DNA of 63,968 nt, filler included, from Actinomycetota bacterium (GCA_009886115.1; 4 parts of 4 records of this genome joined end to end with filler, not necessarily neighbours in it); one strand, 5' to 3'; positions 19,831 through 30,396 are shown, numbered from the whole stretch's first letter. Notes: a model not told the origin generated them from the sequence alone. Made by a program: numbers and translations.

Positions 19831-19898
19831 CGCCGCTTCTCGTTGACGCCGCTTCTCGTTCACGCTGCTTCTCGGTTGACGCCGCCTTCTCGTCGGCG
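19817..19898 (+). repeat. ~16-bp degenerate tandem repeat (CCGCTTCTCGTTGACG, ~5 copies)
   Basis: Read directly; the first copy includes the upstream gene's stop codon. Confidence 0.8.
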
Positions 19899-19960
19899 TC
19901 CATGATGGGCGTGTTCGTACCGGGCCCCGATGGGGTGGGTGGTAATATGCGAGCCCTCCC

Positions 19961-20033
19961 GGGGGTGTAGCTCAGTCGGTAGAGCACTACGTTCGCAACG
20001 TAGGGGTCGACGGTTCGAGTCCGTTCACCTCCA
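19961..20033 (+). tRNA. tRNA-Ala(CGC)
   Basis: Acceptor stem GGGGGTG/CACCTCC with G3:U70; anticodon arm CTACG-TTCGCAA-CGTAG; T-loop GTTCGA. Confidence 0.96.
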
Positions 20034-20142
20034 CCGGAATCACCGCAGGTCAGAGCCGATGTCAGGCTCGTGCAGGTGTGTTGTATCGGTCGGTTGAGTG
20101 TCCGTTGTCAACGGATCTGTCAACCGGCTACGGTTGTCAACC

Positions 20143-21369
20143 ATGCGTGGTCACGTGCGCAAGCGCGGCTCGTCATGGCAGATCATCGTCGAGGCACCCC
20201 GTGACGCCCTCGACGGTCGGCGCCGCACGGTGTCTCGCACGATCCACGGCTCCAAGCGCGACGCCGACCGGGCGCTGGCCCAGTTGCTCGTCGACGTGGG
20301 CCAGGGAGTGGCGGTCGCTCACGACGCCACGTTCGGCCACCTGCTCGACCGGTGGCTGGAGCTGTCAGCGCCCGACTGGTCGCCATCCACCCGGAAGGTG
20401 AACCATGACTACGCCCGGATGTACATCCGGCCCGCACTGGCGTCGCGGCCCCTGAACAAGCTCACCACGGCCGCGCTCGACCGGTTCTACACCCAGCTGC
20501 GCGAGCGCGGCGGGACAACGGGCCAGCCCCTCGCACCGCGGACCGTCAGGCGGGTACACAACATCGTCCACCGGGCCCTCGAGCAGGCCGTGCGCTGGAG
20601 TTGGCTCGGAGTGAACCCCGCGACGAACTCGACGCCACCGAAGCTCGGACGACCGGACGTACAACCCCCGGCGCCGGTCGATGTGACCCGGCTGCTGAGT
20701 GCGGCCGCCGAGAGCGACGAGGAGTTCGCCCTATTCGTGCGCCTGGCCGCCACGACCGGCGCACGCCGGGGTGAGCTCTGTGGGCTGCGGTGGTCGCGGA
20801 TCGACCCGGCGGCGCGCTCGCTGCTCGTCGATCGGAGCGTCGTCGAAGGCGACACCGGGCTGATCGAGAAGGACACCAAGACCCATCAGGCCCGGCGGGT
20901 GGCCATCGACCCCACCTCGCTCCAGCTTCTCGCCGAGCACCACGACCGGTGCATCGCTCGGGCCGAACTCGCGGGGGTCGGCTACTCGGCCAACGCCTAC
21001 GTGTTCTCGGAGGCGGTCGACGGCTCGGTACCGCTCAACCCCCATGCGGTCTCGCGCCGGTTCCGTCGCCTGTGCGATCGCCTCGGCCTCGACGAAGTAC
21101 GACTGCACGATCTTCGCCACTACGTGGCCACCAGGCTGATCGCCGGAGGCGTGCCGGTGCGTACCGTCTCGGGTCGTCTGGGCCACGCCAGTGCCGCGAC
21201 AACGCTGTCGGTCTACTCGCACTTCGTGGAGGCGACCGACCACGACGCCGCCCGTCTCCTCGGCACCCTCCTCGACGAGGCCGCATCAGAACCCTCCCAT
21301 CGTCTCGATCCTCCGGAAGCAGGCCCCGCCGAAACCGAGAAGACCCTCCCAAGGCCGCTCACCGGCTGA
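20143..21369 (+). CDS. Tyrosine recombinase/integrase
   Basis: MRGHVRKRG arm-binding N-terminus; TGARRGE, HDLRH, LGH and VYSH catalytic motifs. Confidence 0.93.
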   Translation: MRGHVRKRGSSWQIIVEAPRDALDGRRRTVSRTIHGSKRDADRALAQLLVDVGQGVAVAHDATFGHLLDRWLELSAPDWSPSTRKVNHDYARMYIRPALASRPLNKLTTAALDRFYTQLRERGGTTGQPLAPRTVRRVHNIVHRALEQAVRWSWLGVNPATNSTPPKLGRPDVQPPAPVDVTRLLSAAAESDEEFALFVRLAATTGARRGELCGLRWSRIDPAARSLLVDRSVVEGDTGLIEKDTKTHQARRVAIDPTSLQLLAEHHDRCIARAELAGVGYSANAYVFSEAVDGSVPLNPHAVSRRFRRLCDRLGLDEVRLHDLRHYVATRLIAGGVPVRTVSGRLGHASAATTLSVYSHFVEATDHDAARLLGTLLDEAASEPSHRLDPPEAGPAETEKTLPRPLTG

Positions 21370-21425
21370 CCGCTGCCGCGGGAGGCGCGCCCCCTCCGGA
21401 TGACCAACGGAGCCAGAGCTGGCGG

Positions 21426-21849
21426 TCAGGGGTCGACAAGCTCCGAGATCAGTGCGAGTCCTGGCGTGTTGGCGAAGACCGTGTCGGCGGTGAGGAGCGG
21501 TGCCCCGATGTGGATCGCTGACGCCGCGATCCACAGGTCGTTGGCGTGCGCGCGATCCGCGAGCGGATGACCAGCGCGCCGGCAGGCGACGCGCAGTTCT
21601 GCAGCCCGGTCAGCAGAGTGTCGGCGAGGGGAATGACGGTCGTGAACGCGATCGCATCCTCGAGACGTTGACGCCGCAGAGTCCCCATTCGGCCGCAAGC
21701 GCGCCGCAGCGGAGCTCGCTGACCGTGAAAGCAGCGAGGAGGATCTCGTTCCTGGCCATCCGCTGCACCTGGGCATCGAACTGGAGACGGCGACGCCGGC
21801 TGAGCGATGTGTGGAAGATGCCGGTGTCTACCGACGATTCGATTCTCAC
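21426..21849 (-). pseudogene. PIN-domain (VapC-like) toxin with two frameshifts
   Basis: VDTGIF..TVSELRCGA in one frame, LRRQRLEDAI in a second and HANDLWIAASAIHIGAPLLTAD in a third. Confidence 0.75.
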
Positions 21850-22031
21850 GAACCGAGCGCTGCGGCGAACGCGACGTCCTCGTCCTGGGAGAGCTCGTCG
21901 ATCACGAGCGAGTCGATCGACACCAGTACGGGGGCCGCGACGAGCTGCTCCTGAGTCAGGTTCCCCGGCAGCTGTGATGTCCCGTGCGGGGCGTCATCGT
22001 GGTTCTGGGCAGCGCGGCGCACGCCCGCCAT
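21846..22031 (-). CDS. Small acidic putative antitoxin
   Basis: Stop overlaps the PIN gene start (GTGA); acidic C-terminus IDELSQDEDVAFAAAL. Alternative GTG start at 22022. Confidence 0.55.
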   Translation of the reverse strand: MAGVRRAAQNHDDAPHGTSQLPGNLTQEQLVAAPVLVSIDSLVIDELSQDEDVAFAAALGS

Positions 22032-22627
22032 CGTACGCCCTGGCCAACCGTTCCATGGCGGGGACATACCGGGCGCTCTGACCACCGAGATCGGTGGCCT
22101 GATCCCTGCGCTCGTTCGGGCCGCAGGGGGAAACGAGAACCCGGCGGCCATCGCCACCTCGATGATCGCGCTCGTACAGGATCCCCCGAAAACGCCCGAT
22201 TGAGCGCGGCACCGCCGTGACCACGAGCTGGGTCAACGAGCCGTCGTCGAGCTGACCCTGCCACCTGCGCGGTCGGCGAGTCGGTGTTCGTATCTGACGA
22301 GCTCGGGTCGTGCCCTCGCGTGTTGCGGAGTAACCCGTTCGCGTCCGCCCGATGCCCCGCTGACCCTGCGATCGACTCTGCTCCTCGGGTGCACTGGATG
22401 CGTTCCGCTGGCGCGGAGTGATCTCGGTCCATCTCATTTCTTCGAATCTCTTCCTGTCCGCCAGTGTCCGCTGCCATCCGTACAGCACTACTACATACTG
22501 ACTCACACCGCTAACAACCGAGCTCGCTAATTATTGAGTCTGTAGACGGTGTACCGTTCGCCGAACCCGGGTGAGCTGAAGGTCGGTTCGGCCGGGACTC
22601 CTGTGGTCGGCGAGCGGACGGTGGACG

Positions 22628-22969
22628 ATGAGCATTGACGAGCTACCCGACCTCTTGACCGTGTCGGAGGCGGCAGAGTTCCTGAGGATCGGCCGGAGCT
22701 TGGCCTACGACCAGGCCCGCCGATGGCTCGCGACCGGAGGCCGCGAAGGCCTCCCGGTGGTGCAGCTCGGCCGGCGGCTCCTCGTTCCCAAGCGGCAGCT
22801 GGCTCGTTTCCTCGACGCGGTCCCTGCGCCGCTTGCCGCTGTTCCCGCCGTTCCGCCCGCGCCTGCACTCGACCCTGCGACCTCCCAACCGCGCCCCCGA
22901 CCTCGCCGATCCTCCGTCCCCAGCACTCAGTACTCGCTCCTCGACCCCGACCAGCCCGCCTCAGCATGA
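22628..22969 (+). CDS. Excisionase-like HTH (HTH_17) protein
   Basis: LPDLLTVSEAAEFLRIGRSLAY...LPVVQLGRRLLVP. Confidence 0.8.
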   Translation: MSIDELPDLLTVSEAAEFLRIGRSLAYDQARRWLATGGREGLPVVQLGRRLLVPKRQLARFLDAVPAPLAAVPAVPPAPALDPATSQPRPRPRRSSVPSTQYSLLDPDQPASA

Positions 22970-23030
22970 CCCCACCGACGTCAACCCCAAGGCCGACAGA
23001 CGGGTGCACACCCGCGAGCGGGAGGTGTCA

Positions 23031-24921
23031 ATGACGGCCCGGGTCACCACGTTGAAGGGCCTGACAGCCGGGGCCTATTACGTCGAGCAACTCCCGAACT
23101 ACTACCTCGACGCCACAAGCGAACCGTCCGGTCGTTGGCACGGTCACGGGGCGGAACGGTTGGGGTTACGGGGTCCGGTAGGTGCGCCCGAGTTCCTGCG
23201 GGTGATCGATGGTGTTACTCCGTCCGGCCCGGCCGTCCAGTTGGGTCGCGTCTACGGCGAGACCTCGGTGCGCGGGTTCGATGTGACCGCGTCAGCCCCG
23301 AAGTCTGTTTCTGTCCTGTTCGCCGTCGGGGCACCCGAGGTCCGGGCCGAGGTTCTCGGGGCGCACGACGCAGCGGTGGCGGCGATGGTCGGCTGGATCG
23401 AAGCGCACGCGCACACGCGGTACCGGATTGGCGGGGAGGTCGCGGTGGTCGATGCGGACGGGATCATCGTGGCGGCGTTCCGTCAGCACACGAGCCGGGC
23501 GCTCGATCCGCAGTTGCACACCCATGTGGTGATCGCCAACCGGGTCCTGGCCGACGACGGCCGCTGGCTGGCGTTGGACGCGAGGTCGCTCAAGGTCGAT
23601 CAACGGACCTTGTCGGCCATCTACCACGCCGGCCTCCGGGCCGAGTTGACCCGCCGCCTCGGCGTCGCCTGGGAACCGCCGGAGCATGGAATCGCGGAGA
23701 TCGCCGGGATGTCCCGCCGGGTCCTGGAGGAGTTCTCGTCCCGGACCGCCGACATCGCCGACCGGATCGAGGTGAAGATCGACCGGTTCGAATCAACCAT
23801 GGGTCGACTGCCGACCGTGCGCGAACGCTGGCAGCTCGAACGAGAAGCCGTCCTCGACAGCCGTCCCGGCAAGGCTCACGAGGTCGACTCCGCCGTGCTG
23901 CACGAGAAGTGGCGTTCCCAGATCGAGCATCTCGGGATCGACCCGGCCGAGCTCGTGAACGCCGTCCGTGACAGGGTCACCGCCGATGTCAGGGCGGTCG
24001 TGGACCTGACCCCTCGGGTCGTCGGCCAGTTGGTCGACTCGACGGTCGAGGCCTTGACAGAGCGGCAATCGACATGGCGGCCCGCCGAGATCGTCCGGGA
24101 GCTCGCCGGTCTCATCCCGACAACCATCACTGATCACGCCAAGGACTTGGTGGCCTGGCTCGACCAGACCGCCACCACGATCGCCGCCGAGCAGATGCTC
24201 GACATCTCCCGGCCCGTCCCCACCGGCGTACGGCTGCGTCGGGATCGTCGGCCGGTCACCGAATCGGTCCTCGACCGGGCATTCACCACCACTGCGATCC
24301 TCAACCAGGAACACGCGATCCTCGACTGGGCCACCGCCCGCCTCGCCCGGGAAGGCGCCGACCGGTGGGACGCTCCTGACCGATCCCGTGTCGACCTGTC
24401 GGGCGGTCAGGCCCAGACCGCCGCGGCAGTGGCGGGGGACAGGTCGTTGGTGATCGTGGTCGGCCCGGCCGGGACCGGTAAGACGACCGCTCTCCAACCC
24501 GCCGTCGCCCTGCTCCACGCCGAGCAACGGCCGGTGTTCGGGGTCACGTCTTCGGCGGTCGCTGCGGATGTCCTTGCCGTCGAGACGGGCGTCGCAGCGG
24601 ACACGATCGACAAGCTCCTCTACGAGCACCACAAGCCCCACGGCCCGTCTGCTGACTACGTGCTGCCAGCCGGGGCGACGGTGATCGTCGACGAGGCCGG
24701 CACGATCTCGACCCCGAAGCTCGCCGAGCTCGCCGTGTTGGCCGATGCGCATCAGTGGCGGGTCGTGCTCGTTGGTGACCCGCTGCAGTTCTCCGCGGTC
24801 GGGCGTTCCGGCATGTTCGACGCGCTCGTCGACACGCACGGGGCGATCGAGCTCGACCGGGTCCACCGGTTCACCCATGCCTGGGAACGTGCGGCGAGCC
24901 TCCGGCTCCGACACGGCGACA
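23031..24921 (+). CDS. MobF/TrwC-family relaxase-helicase (3' truncated)
   Basis: YY..YY N-terminus, FDVTASAPKSVS, HTSRALDPQLHTH (HUH), GPAGTGKT and VDEAG; GGAGG SD. Confidence 0.92.
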
Positions 24922-25021
24922 NNNNNNNNNNNNNNNNNNNNNNNNNNNNNNNNNNNNNNNNNNNNTTAATTAATTAANNNNNNNNNNNNNNNNNNNNNNN
25001 NNNNNNNNNNNNNNNNNNNNN
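24922..25021. other. Artificial contig linker
   Basis: N runs flanking TTAATTAATTAA, which gives stops in all six frames. Confidence 0.97.
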
Positions 25022-25185
25022 CTATCTCGCCGATGCCCGAGGCACGAGTCGGAATGCAGCCGGGCACTTGCCGCGCTTGGAGACTGAGCCGTCGGTACAC
25101 TGCGGCCCCGCGCGCCGGCACGAGCGTGAGAACGGTTCCGGTCGACACAGTGCGGAGCCTCGACCGGGCATCGCCGCGGAGGCTC

Positions 25186-26850
25186 ATGACATCCCCCGAA
25201 CCGGTACACGAACAGGGCTCGAGTCGGCTCGCCACCGATGTCGACGTGCTCGTCGTCGGGGCCGGCATCACCGGCATCTATCAGCTCCACCGCGCTCGTG
25301 AGGCCGGCTTCTCGGTGCTGCTGCTCGAGGCCGGCGGCGGCGTCGGTGGCACGTGGTTCTGGAACCGCTACCCCGGGGCGCGGTTCGACTCGGAGAGCTA
25401 CACCTACGCCTACCTGTTTTCGAAGGAGCTGTTCGAGGAATGGGAATGGCCCGAGCACTTCGCGCAGCAACCCGAGATCGAGCGCTACCTCAACCATGTG
25501 GTCGACCGCTTTGACCTTCGGCGCCATATGCAGTTCGACGCCACGATCACCTCGGCCATATACGACGAATTGTCGGGGACGTGGACTGTGGCGACCAGCA
25601 ATGGTGCCGAGGTTCGAGCGCGGTTCCTGATCGCCGCGACCGGCGTGCTCTCGGTGCCGTGGTTCCCTCACGTGCCCGGGCGCGACGAGTTCGGCGGCGC
25701 TTCGTACCACACGGGGATGTGGCCCGCGACGCCCGTCGACCTCGCCGGCAAGCGCGTCGCGGTCATCGGCACCGGGTCGAGCGGCGTGCAGGTGATCCCG
25801 GCGATCGCCGGCGAGGTTGCCGCCCTCACCGTCTATCAACGAACCGCCAACTGGTGCACGCCGCTCAACAATGCGCCCATCCTTCCCGGCGAGCAGGCTC
25901 GACTGCGGGCCGACTTCGAAGCGATGCGCGAGAGGCTGAACCGCTCGATGCACGGGTTCCTCCACCGCCGGCACGATCGCGCCACCTTCGACGATTCGAG
26001 AGCCGACCGGTGGGCGTTCTTCGAGACGATGTGGAACAGCCCCGGGTTCGCCAAGCTCAACAGCAACTACACCGACCTGTTACTCGATCACGCCGCGAAC
26101 GCCGAGTGGTGCGAGTTCATCGCCGAGAAGATCCGGAGCATCGTCGACGATCCCGAAACGGCGAGAAAGCTGATCCCAAACGACCACCGTTTCGCCGAGA
26201 AGCGACCGCCGTTCGTGACCGGCTATTACGAGGCGTACAACAACCCGGACGTCTCGCTCGTCGATCTCGTGGAGACGCCCATCGTGCGCATCGCCGCGAG
26301 TGGGATCGAGACGGCCGACGGTGTGCGGGAGTTCGACATCGTGGTGTGGGCCACCGGCTTCGACTTCGGCACCGGCGCGCTCGTGCGCATGGGGATCCGT
26401 GGCCGGGGCGGCCTCGCGCTCGAAGACCACTGGGCCGATGGTCCCACGACGTTCCTCGGCATCCACAGCACGGGGTTCCCGAACCTGTTCTTCCCCGGTG
26501 GTCCGCACGCCGCCGCCGGGAACAACCCGCGCTACAACGGCGACCAGGTCGACTACATCACCGACACGCTCGTGTACCTGCGCGACCGGGGCTACGACAC
26601 GATCGAGGTCGACCCCGCGGCCGAGGCCGAATGGACCGAGATGATCGACACCGGCGCCGCGCTGTCACCCTTCGGGGAGCGCAGCTACTTCTTCGGAGCC
26701 AACGTTCCTGGCAAGCCCCGCAAGTACCTCCTCAACTCGGGCGGACGGCCGAAGCTCTTCGCGGCGATCGCCGACGTCGTGGGGAGCGACTACAAGGCGT
26801 TCCGGCTCACGCGTTCGTCGGTGTCGGGCCCCACACCGTCGCCCGTCTGA
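25186..26850 (+). CDS. Baeyer-Villiger-type flavin monooxygenase
   Basis: GAGITG, WNRYPG, BVMO fingerprint FGGASYHTGMWP, GTGSSG and ATGF motifs. Confidence 0.92.
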   Translation: MTSPEPVHEQGSSRLATDVDVLVVGAGITGIYQLHRAREAGFSVLLLEAGGGVGGTWFWNRYPGARFDSESYTYAYLFSKELFEEWEWPEHFAQQPEIERYLNHVVDRFDLRRHMQFDATITSAIYDELSGTWTVATSNGAEVRARFLIAATGVLSVPWFPHVPGRDEFGGASYHTGMWPATPVDLAGKRVAVIGTGSSGVQVIPAIAGEVAALTVYQRTANWCTPLNNAPILPGEQARLRADFEAMRERLNRSMHGFLHRRHDRATFDDSRADRWAFFETMWNSPGFAKLNSNYTDLLLDHAANAEWCEFIAEKIRSIVDDPETARKLIPNDHRFAEKRPPFVTGYYEAYNNPDVSLVDLVETPIVRIAASGIETADGVREFDIVVWATGFDFGTGALVRMGIRGRGGLALEDHWADGPTTFLGIHSTGFPNLFFPGGPHAAAGNNPRYNGDQVDYITDTLVYLRDRGYDTIEVDPAAEAEWTEMIDTGAALSPFGERSYFFGANVPGKPRKYLLNSGGRPKLFAAIADVVGSDYKAFRLTRSSVSGPTPSPV

Positions 26851-26895
26851 CCTGAGGACAGCGGCCGTCCCAGGGACAGCGCCTCCTCAGGTCAG
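26847..26895. terminator. Inverted repeat between convergent genes
   Basis: CTGACCTGAGG...CCTCAGGTCAG with an inner GTCCC/GGGAC pair. Confidence 0.4.
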
Positions 26896-26901
26896 GTCAG
26901 A

Positions 26902-27960
26902 TCAGACCGTCGCCACCGGGGTCAAGGGGCAGCCCACCGCTCCGGGCAGGCGCAGCGGTGGTGCCGTGAGCAGGAACCGGCTCCGGCCGTGCTCGCGCAG
27001 CCACGCGGCCAGCTCGTGCAGATACCACATCTCGCCCAGGGGGACGCCGAGCTTGAAGAGGCAGAGGTGGTGGATGGGGAGGAACGAGTGCCGGCTCTGG
27101 TCGCGGTCGCGGCCGATGAGACCCTCGACGGCGTAGTTGTCGGCCACCAGCGCCGAGATCTGCGAGTCGCTGATCCATTGCAGCAACGACTCGTCCCGAG
27201 CGTCGAGGTAGGTGCACATCGTGTGGATCTTCACGGGGTCGGGTTCGCGGTTCCAGTTGAGGACCTCGGTGGCGAAACCGGTGTGCAGCACGAGCATGTC
27301 GCCGGGCTCCACGACGACGTGGTCGGCCGCCATGATCTCCTCGAGCGTCTTGAGGTCGACCCCACGCCAGTCGTGGCCCAGGTGATGGGCCAGGTCGATG
27401 AGCACGCCTCGCCCCTGCACACCGGTGTAGGCCATGTGCTCCAAGCCGAGATGACGAGCGAAGCAGCGGTGCCGGCCCCCGTCGCCGGCAGCGTCGGGCT
27501 CCGGCCCCACGAGGTCGGCCCCGGCGCGGTAGCCGTTGTAATAGACCGCCTCCTCGATCCCGTCGCCGTCGGCGTCGAACTCGGCGCCGACGTGGGCGAG
27601 CGAGTCCCACTGCGTCGAGTACTGCAGTGACAGGGTGACCACGTCGTCGGTCCAGACGTCGACGTAGCGAGCGTCACCCCACTCCTCCATCTGGCTCATG
27701 TGGACGTTGTAGAACGTGCCGGCGTTGCCCCGCATGTCCTCAGTCGGCGACAGGACCGGAGGGTGGCGCCGCTGGTTCAAGGCCGTCCCGCCGGGGAAGT
27801 CGAGCGGCAGGCTCAGGCAGAAGCTGATGCCGGCCTCGACCTCGCGTACGCCTTGCATGACCTTCTCGGGCGTGAGGAGGTTGATGCGGCCGAGCTCGTC
27901 GTCGTCGCCCCAATCGCCCCATGTGGAACCGGGCGGGCGTTGCTTCCACCGCTTCGTCAC
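26902..27960 (-). CDS. Cyclase-family (kynurenine formamidase-like) metal hydrolase
   Basis: WGDWGDDDELGRINLLT, QYSTQWDSLAH, GRGVLID, ADNYAVE and LGEMW motifs; GGAGG SD before GTG. Confidence 0.88.
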   Translation of the reverse strand: MTKRWKQRPPGSTWGDWGDDDELGRINLLTPEKVMQGVREVEAGISFCLSLPLDFPGGTALNQRRHPPVLSPTEDMRGNAGTFYNVHMSQMEEWGDARYVDVWTDDVVTLSLQYSTQWDSLAHVGAEFDADGDGIEEAVYYNGYRAGADLVGPEPDAAGDGGRHRCFARHLGLEHMAYTGVQGRGVLIDLAHHLGHDWRGVDLKTLEEIMAADHVVVEPGDMLVLHTGFATEVLNWNREPDPVKIHTMCTYLDARDESLLQWISDSQISALVADNYAVEGLIGRDRDQSRHSFLPIHHLCLFKLGVPLGEMWYLHELAAWLREHGRSRFLLTAPPLRLPGAVGCPLTPVATV

Positions 27961-28017
27961 CGTTGTGCTCCCTCCGCCGCTCTTCGCGCTCGATCGATCA
28001 TCTGGTAGGGATGATGA

Positions 28018-28054
28018 ACCGCCCGGTTGGTATGTGGGGTACCGATCGGTTGGT
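28018..28054. promoter_or_regulatory. Paired palindromic boxes, TetR-type operator candidate
   Basis: ACCGCCCGGTTGGT (28018) and ACCGATCGGTTGGT (28041) in the divergent intergenic region. Confidence 0.45.
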
Positions 28055-28116
28055 TTAGCCTCAACGCCGGGGTGCGCACATTTCGAAGCGCGACTGCGCC
28101 TCGGGGAGGACCCGAC

Positions 28117-29376
28117 ATGACGCACAAGGACTTCATCGTCTCGGCCGACGGGCACCTCCTCGAGCCGCCCGATCTGTTCGTCACCCGCCTCCCGAAGCAC
28201 CTGCGCGACCGGGCCGTCTGGGAAGAGGACTTCGAGATCGAGCCGCTCGTCGAGGGTGGCGCCCGGATCTTCCGGCGGTTGCACACGCCAGGGTTCGAGG
28301 GTTGGACGATCTCCCGATATCGCCAGACGGGCGGACGGATGCCTGAAGGTGATCCCGAGCAGATCCTCGAGGACATGGACCTCGACGGGGTCGACGTCCA
28401 GGTGATGCACCCGAACCTGTCGCTCTTCGGGCTCTACTCCGACGATCACGAGCTGTCGATGGCGCATGCCCGTGTCTACAACGACTACGTGATCGAGCGA
28501 TTCACGCCGTACTTCTCGCGACTGGCTCCGACGGCCCCCGTACCCATCACCGACATCGACGACGCCGTCGCCGAGATCGAGCGGGTCGCCGCCGCTGGTT
28601 TTCGCGGGATCCTGCTGCCGGCGGTGCCGCCGAAGCCCTATTACTCGCGAGACCTCGATCCGGTGTGGGCGGCTGCGCAGGCCAACGGCGTGCAGGTGTT
28701 CATCCACACCCAGACCGGTGGCGTGAAGGTCAACGATCCGGCATCCACGACCCTCAAGGTCGTCATGGAGTCGGCGGCGCAGGTCAACGTGCCCATGACC
28801 GAGAGATCCGCTTCGAAGCGGATGATCACGCAGAGCGTCTACGGCCCGATCGTCCCGCAACAGGTCATCTGCGAGTTGATCGGCGGTGGCGTTCCCGAGC
28901 GCCATCCCGACCTGCACTTCGCGCTGATCGAGTTCAACGCCCATTGGCTGGCGTCATTGGTGGGATCCATGGACAAGTGCTGGGTCACCGGGATCGGCCA
29001 GGACGCCGACTGGTGGCTCGGGGTTTGGGACGACGCTCGTCCCGCCGACGACCAGCCCCACATGGCGCAGCTCTTTCGCCTGAACGAGAAGTGGCCGTAC
29101 CCCCTCACGCCGAGTGAGTACGTCCAGCGCCAGTTCCACGTCTCGTTCCAGGACGACCCCGTGGCCGTCGCGTGCCGGCACATCACCGGGTTGTCGACGA
29201 TCGTGTGGGGCAACGACTACCCGCACGCTGAAGGGACGTTCCGTGGGAGCCGGGAGCTGCTCGCGCGCCAGCTCGGTGGTCTCCCCGCTGCCGAGCGGGC
29301 TGCTCTGGTGGGCGGCACCCTCGCCGGGATCCTCGGGTTCGAGGCCCCGGTGTCTGCCGTGACGCCCGCCGGTTGA
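28117..29376 (+). CDS. Amidohydrolase_2 family protein
   Basis: VSADGHLLEP, DMDLDGVD, YNDY and WGNDYPHAEGT motifs. Confidence 0.88.
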   Translation: MTHKDFIVSADGHLLEPPDLFVTRLPKHLRDRAVWEEDFEIEPLVEGGARIFRRLHTPGFEGWTISRYRQTGGRMPEGDPEQILEDMDLDGVDVQVMHPNLSLFGLYSDDHELSMAHARVYNDYVIERFTPYFSRLAPTAPVPITDIDDAVAEIERVAAAGFRGILLPAVPPKPYYSRDLDPVWAAAQANGVQVFIHTQTGGVKVNDPASTTLKVVMESAAQVNVPMTERSASKRMITQSVYGPIVPQQVICELIGGGVPERHPDLHFALIEFNAHWLASLVGSMDKCWVTGIGQDADWWLGVWDDARPADDQPHMAQLFRLNEKWPYPLTPSEYVQRQFHVSFQDDPVAVACRHITGLSTIVWGNDYPHAEGTFRGSRELLARQLGGLPAAERAALVGGTLAGILGFEAPVSAVTPAG

Positions 29377-30338
29377 ACGAGCACCGCTTCGACGGACGCG
29401 TCGCGGTCGTCACCGGCGCGGGACGCGGTATCGGCCGAGCCCACGCACGCCTGCTCGCCGCCCGGGGCGCCAGCGTCGTCGTCAACGACCTCGGCGGTTC
29501 CATCGCCGGTGACGGCGCCGACGCGCTCCCGGCATCGGCGGCGGCCGCCGAGATCGTCGCTGCTGGCGGGACGGCCATCGCCGAGACGAGTGACGTGTCG
29601 ACGACCGAGGGCGCACAGGCGCTCGTCGACGCGACGCTCGAGCGGTTCGGGCGCATCGACGTCCTGGTGAACAACGCCGGCATCATCCGATGGGCGGCCG
29701 TGCCCGACGCCGACGCCGACAACCTCGCCCAGCACCTGGCCGTGCACGTCGGCGGCTCGTTTAACACGACGCGCGCTGCCTGGCCTCACATGGTGGCTCA
29801 GCGCTATGGCCGCATCGTGATGACGACGTCCTCGGGGATCTTCGGGTTGCCGGCGAACCTGTCGTACGCCGCCGCCAAGGCGGCCGTCATCGGGCTCACG
29901 CGCAGTCTCACGTGTGCGGGTGCCAGCCACGGGATCACGATCAACGCCATCGCGCCGGCGGCGATGACGCGGATGGCCGGCCGCGCCTCCCACCACAACG
30001 ACGAATCGCCCGACGGCGACTCCTCCGACGGCGACCGCAGCGCGGGTCCGATGTCACCCGGCCTCGTCGCTCCCATGGTCGCGTTCCTGGCCCACGAGAC
30101 CTGCCCGGTGAGCGGCGAGATCTACACCGCCGGCGCCGGGCGGTTCGCGCGCATCTTCATCGCCTCGACCGAGGGCTACGTCCACCCGTCGCCGGATCCG
30201 ACGATCGAGGACGTGGTTCGCAACTGGGCGACCATCAACGACGAGACCGGCTACCACGTCCCTGCCGACCTCATCGCCTGGTCCGACGCATTCATGGCCC
30301 ACCTGCTCCCGAGCGGCCCACGGCCCGCGGCTCCATAG
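29373..30338 (+). CDS. Short-chain dehydrogenase (MFE-2/3-hydroxyacyl-CoA type)
   Basis: TGAGRGIG, VNDLGG, NNAG and YAAAK motifs. Confidence 0.9.
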   Translation: MNEHRFDGRVAVVTGAGRGIGRAHARLLAARGASVVVNDLGGSIAGDGADALPASAAAAEIVAAGGTAIAETSDVSTTEGAQALVDATLERFGRIDVLVNNAGIIRWAAVPDADADNLAQHLAVHVGGSFNTTRAAWPHMVAQRYGRIVMTTSSGIFGLPANLSYAAAKAAVIGLTRSLTCAGASHGITINAIAPAAMTRMAGRASHHNDESPDGDSSDGDRSAGPMSPGLVAPMVAFLAHETCPVSGEIYTAGAGRFARIFIASTEGYVHPSPDPTIEDVVRNWATINDETGYHVPADLIAWSDAFMAHLLPSGPRPAAP

Positions 30339-30396
30339 GGACCGAACTGGGGGCCTTCCCGGTGGACGACCGGGTCGGCGGTGGTCGTCGACCTCG

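Larger units (their letters stand above)
20034..24921 (+). mobile_element. Integrative mobilizable element at tRNA-Ala (truncated by contig end)
   Basis: Tyrosine integrase right after the tRNA, TGTCAAC repeats at 20106, 20118 and 20135, excisionase-like HTH gene and MobF relaxase. Confidence 0.75.

Noticed and set aside
19817..19898. Possible mini-CRISPR
   Set aside because: Head-to-tail degenerate 16-mers without spacers.
21994..22506. 170-aa minus-strand ORF in the tRNA-Ala element
   Set aside because: No recognisable motif and it overlaps the antitoxin start; may be a degraded gene but cannot be supported.
24922..25021. TTAATTAATTAA between N runs (also 41544-41643 and 61393-61492)
   Set aside because: Artificial six-frame-stop linker. 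No biological adjacency across it is assumed, so the relaxase is not linked to the BVMO, nor hom to the ABC operon.
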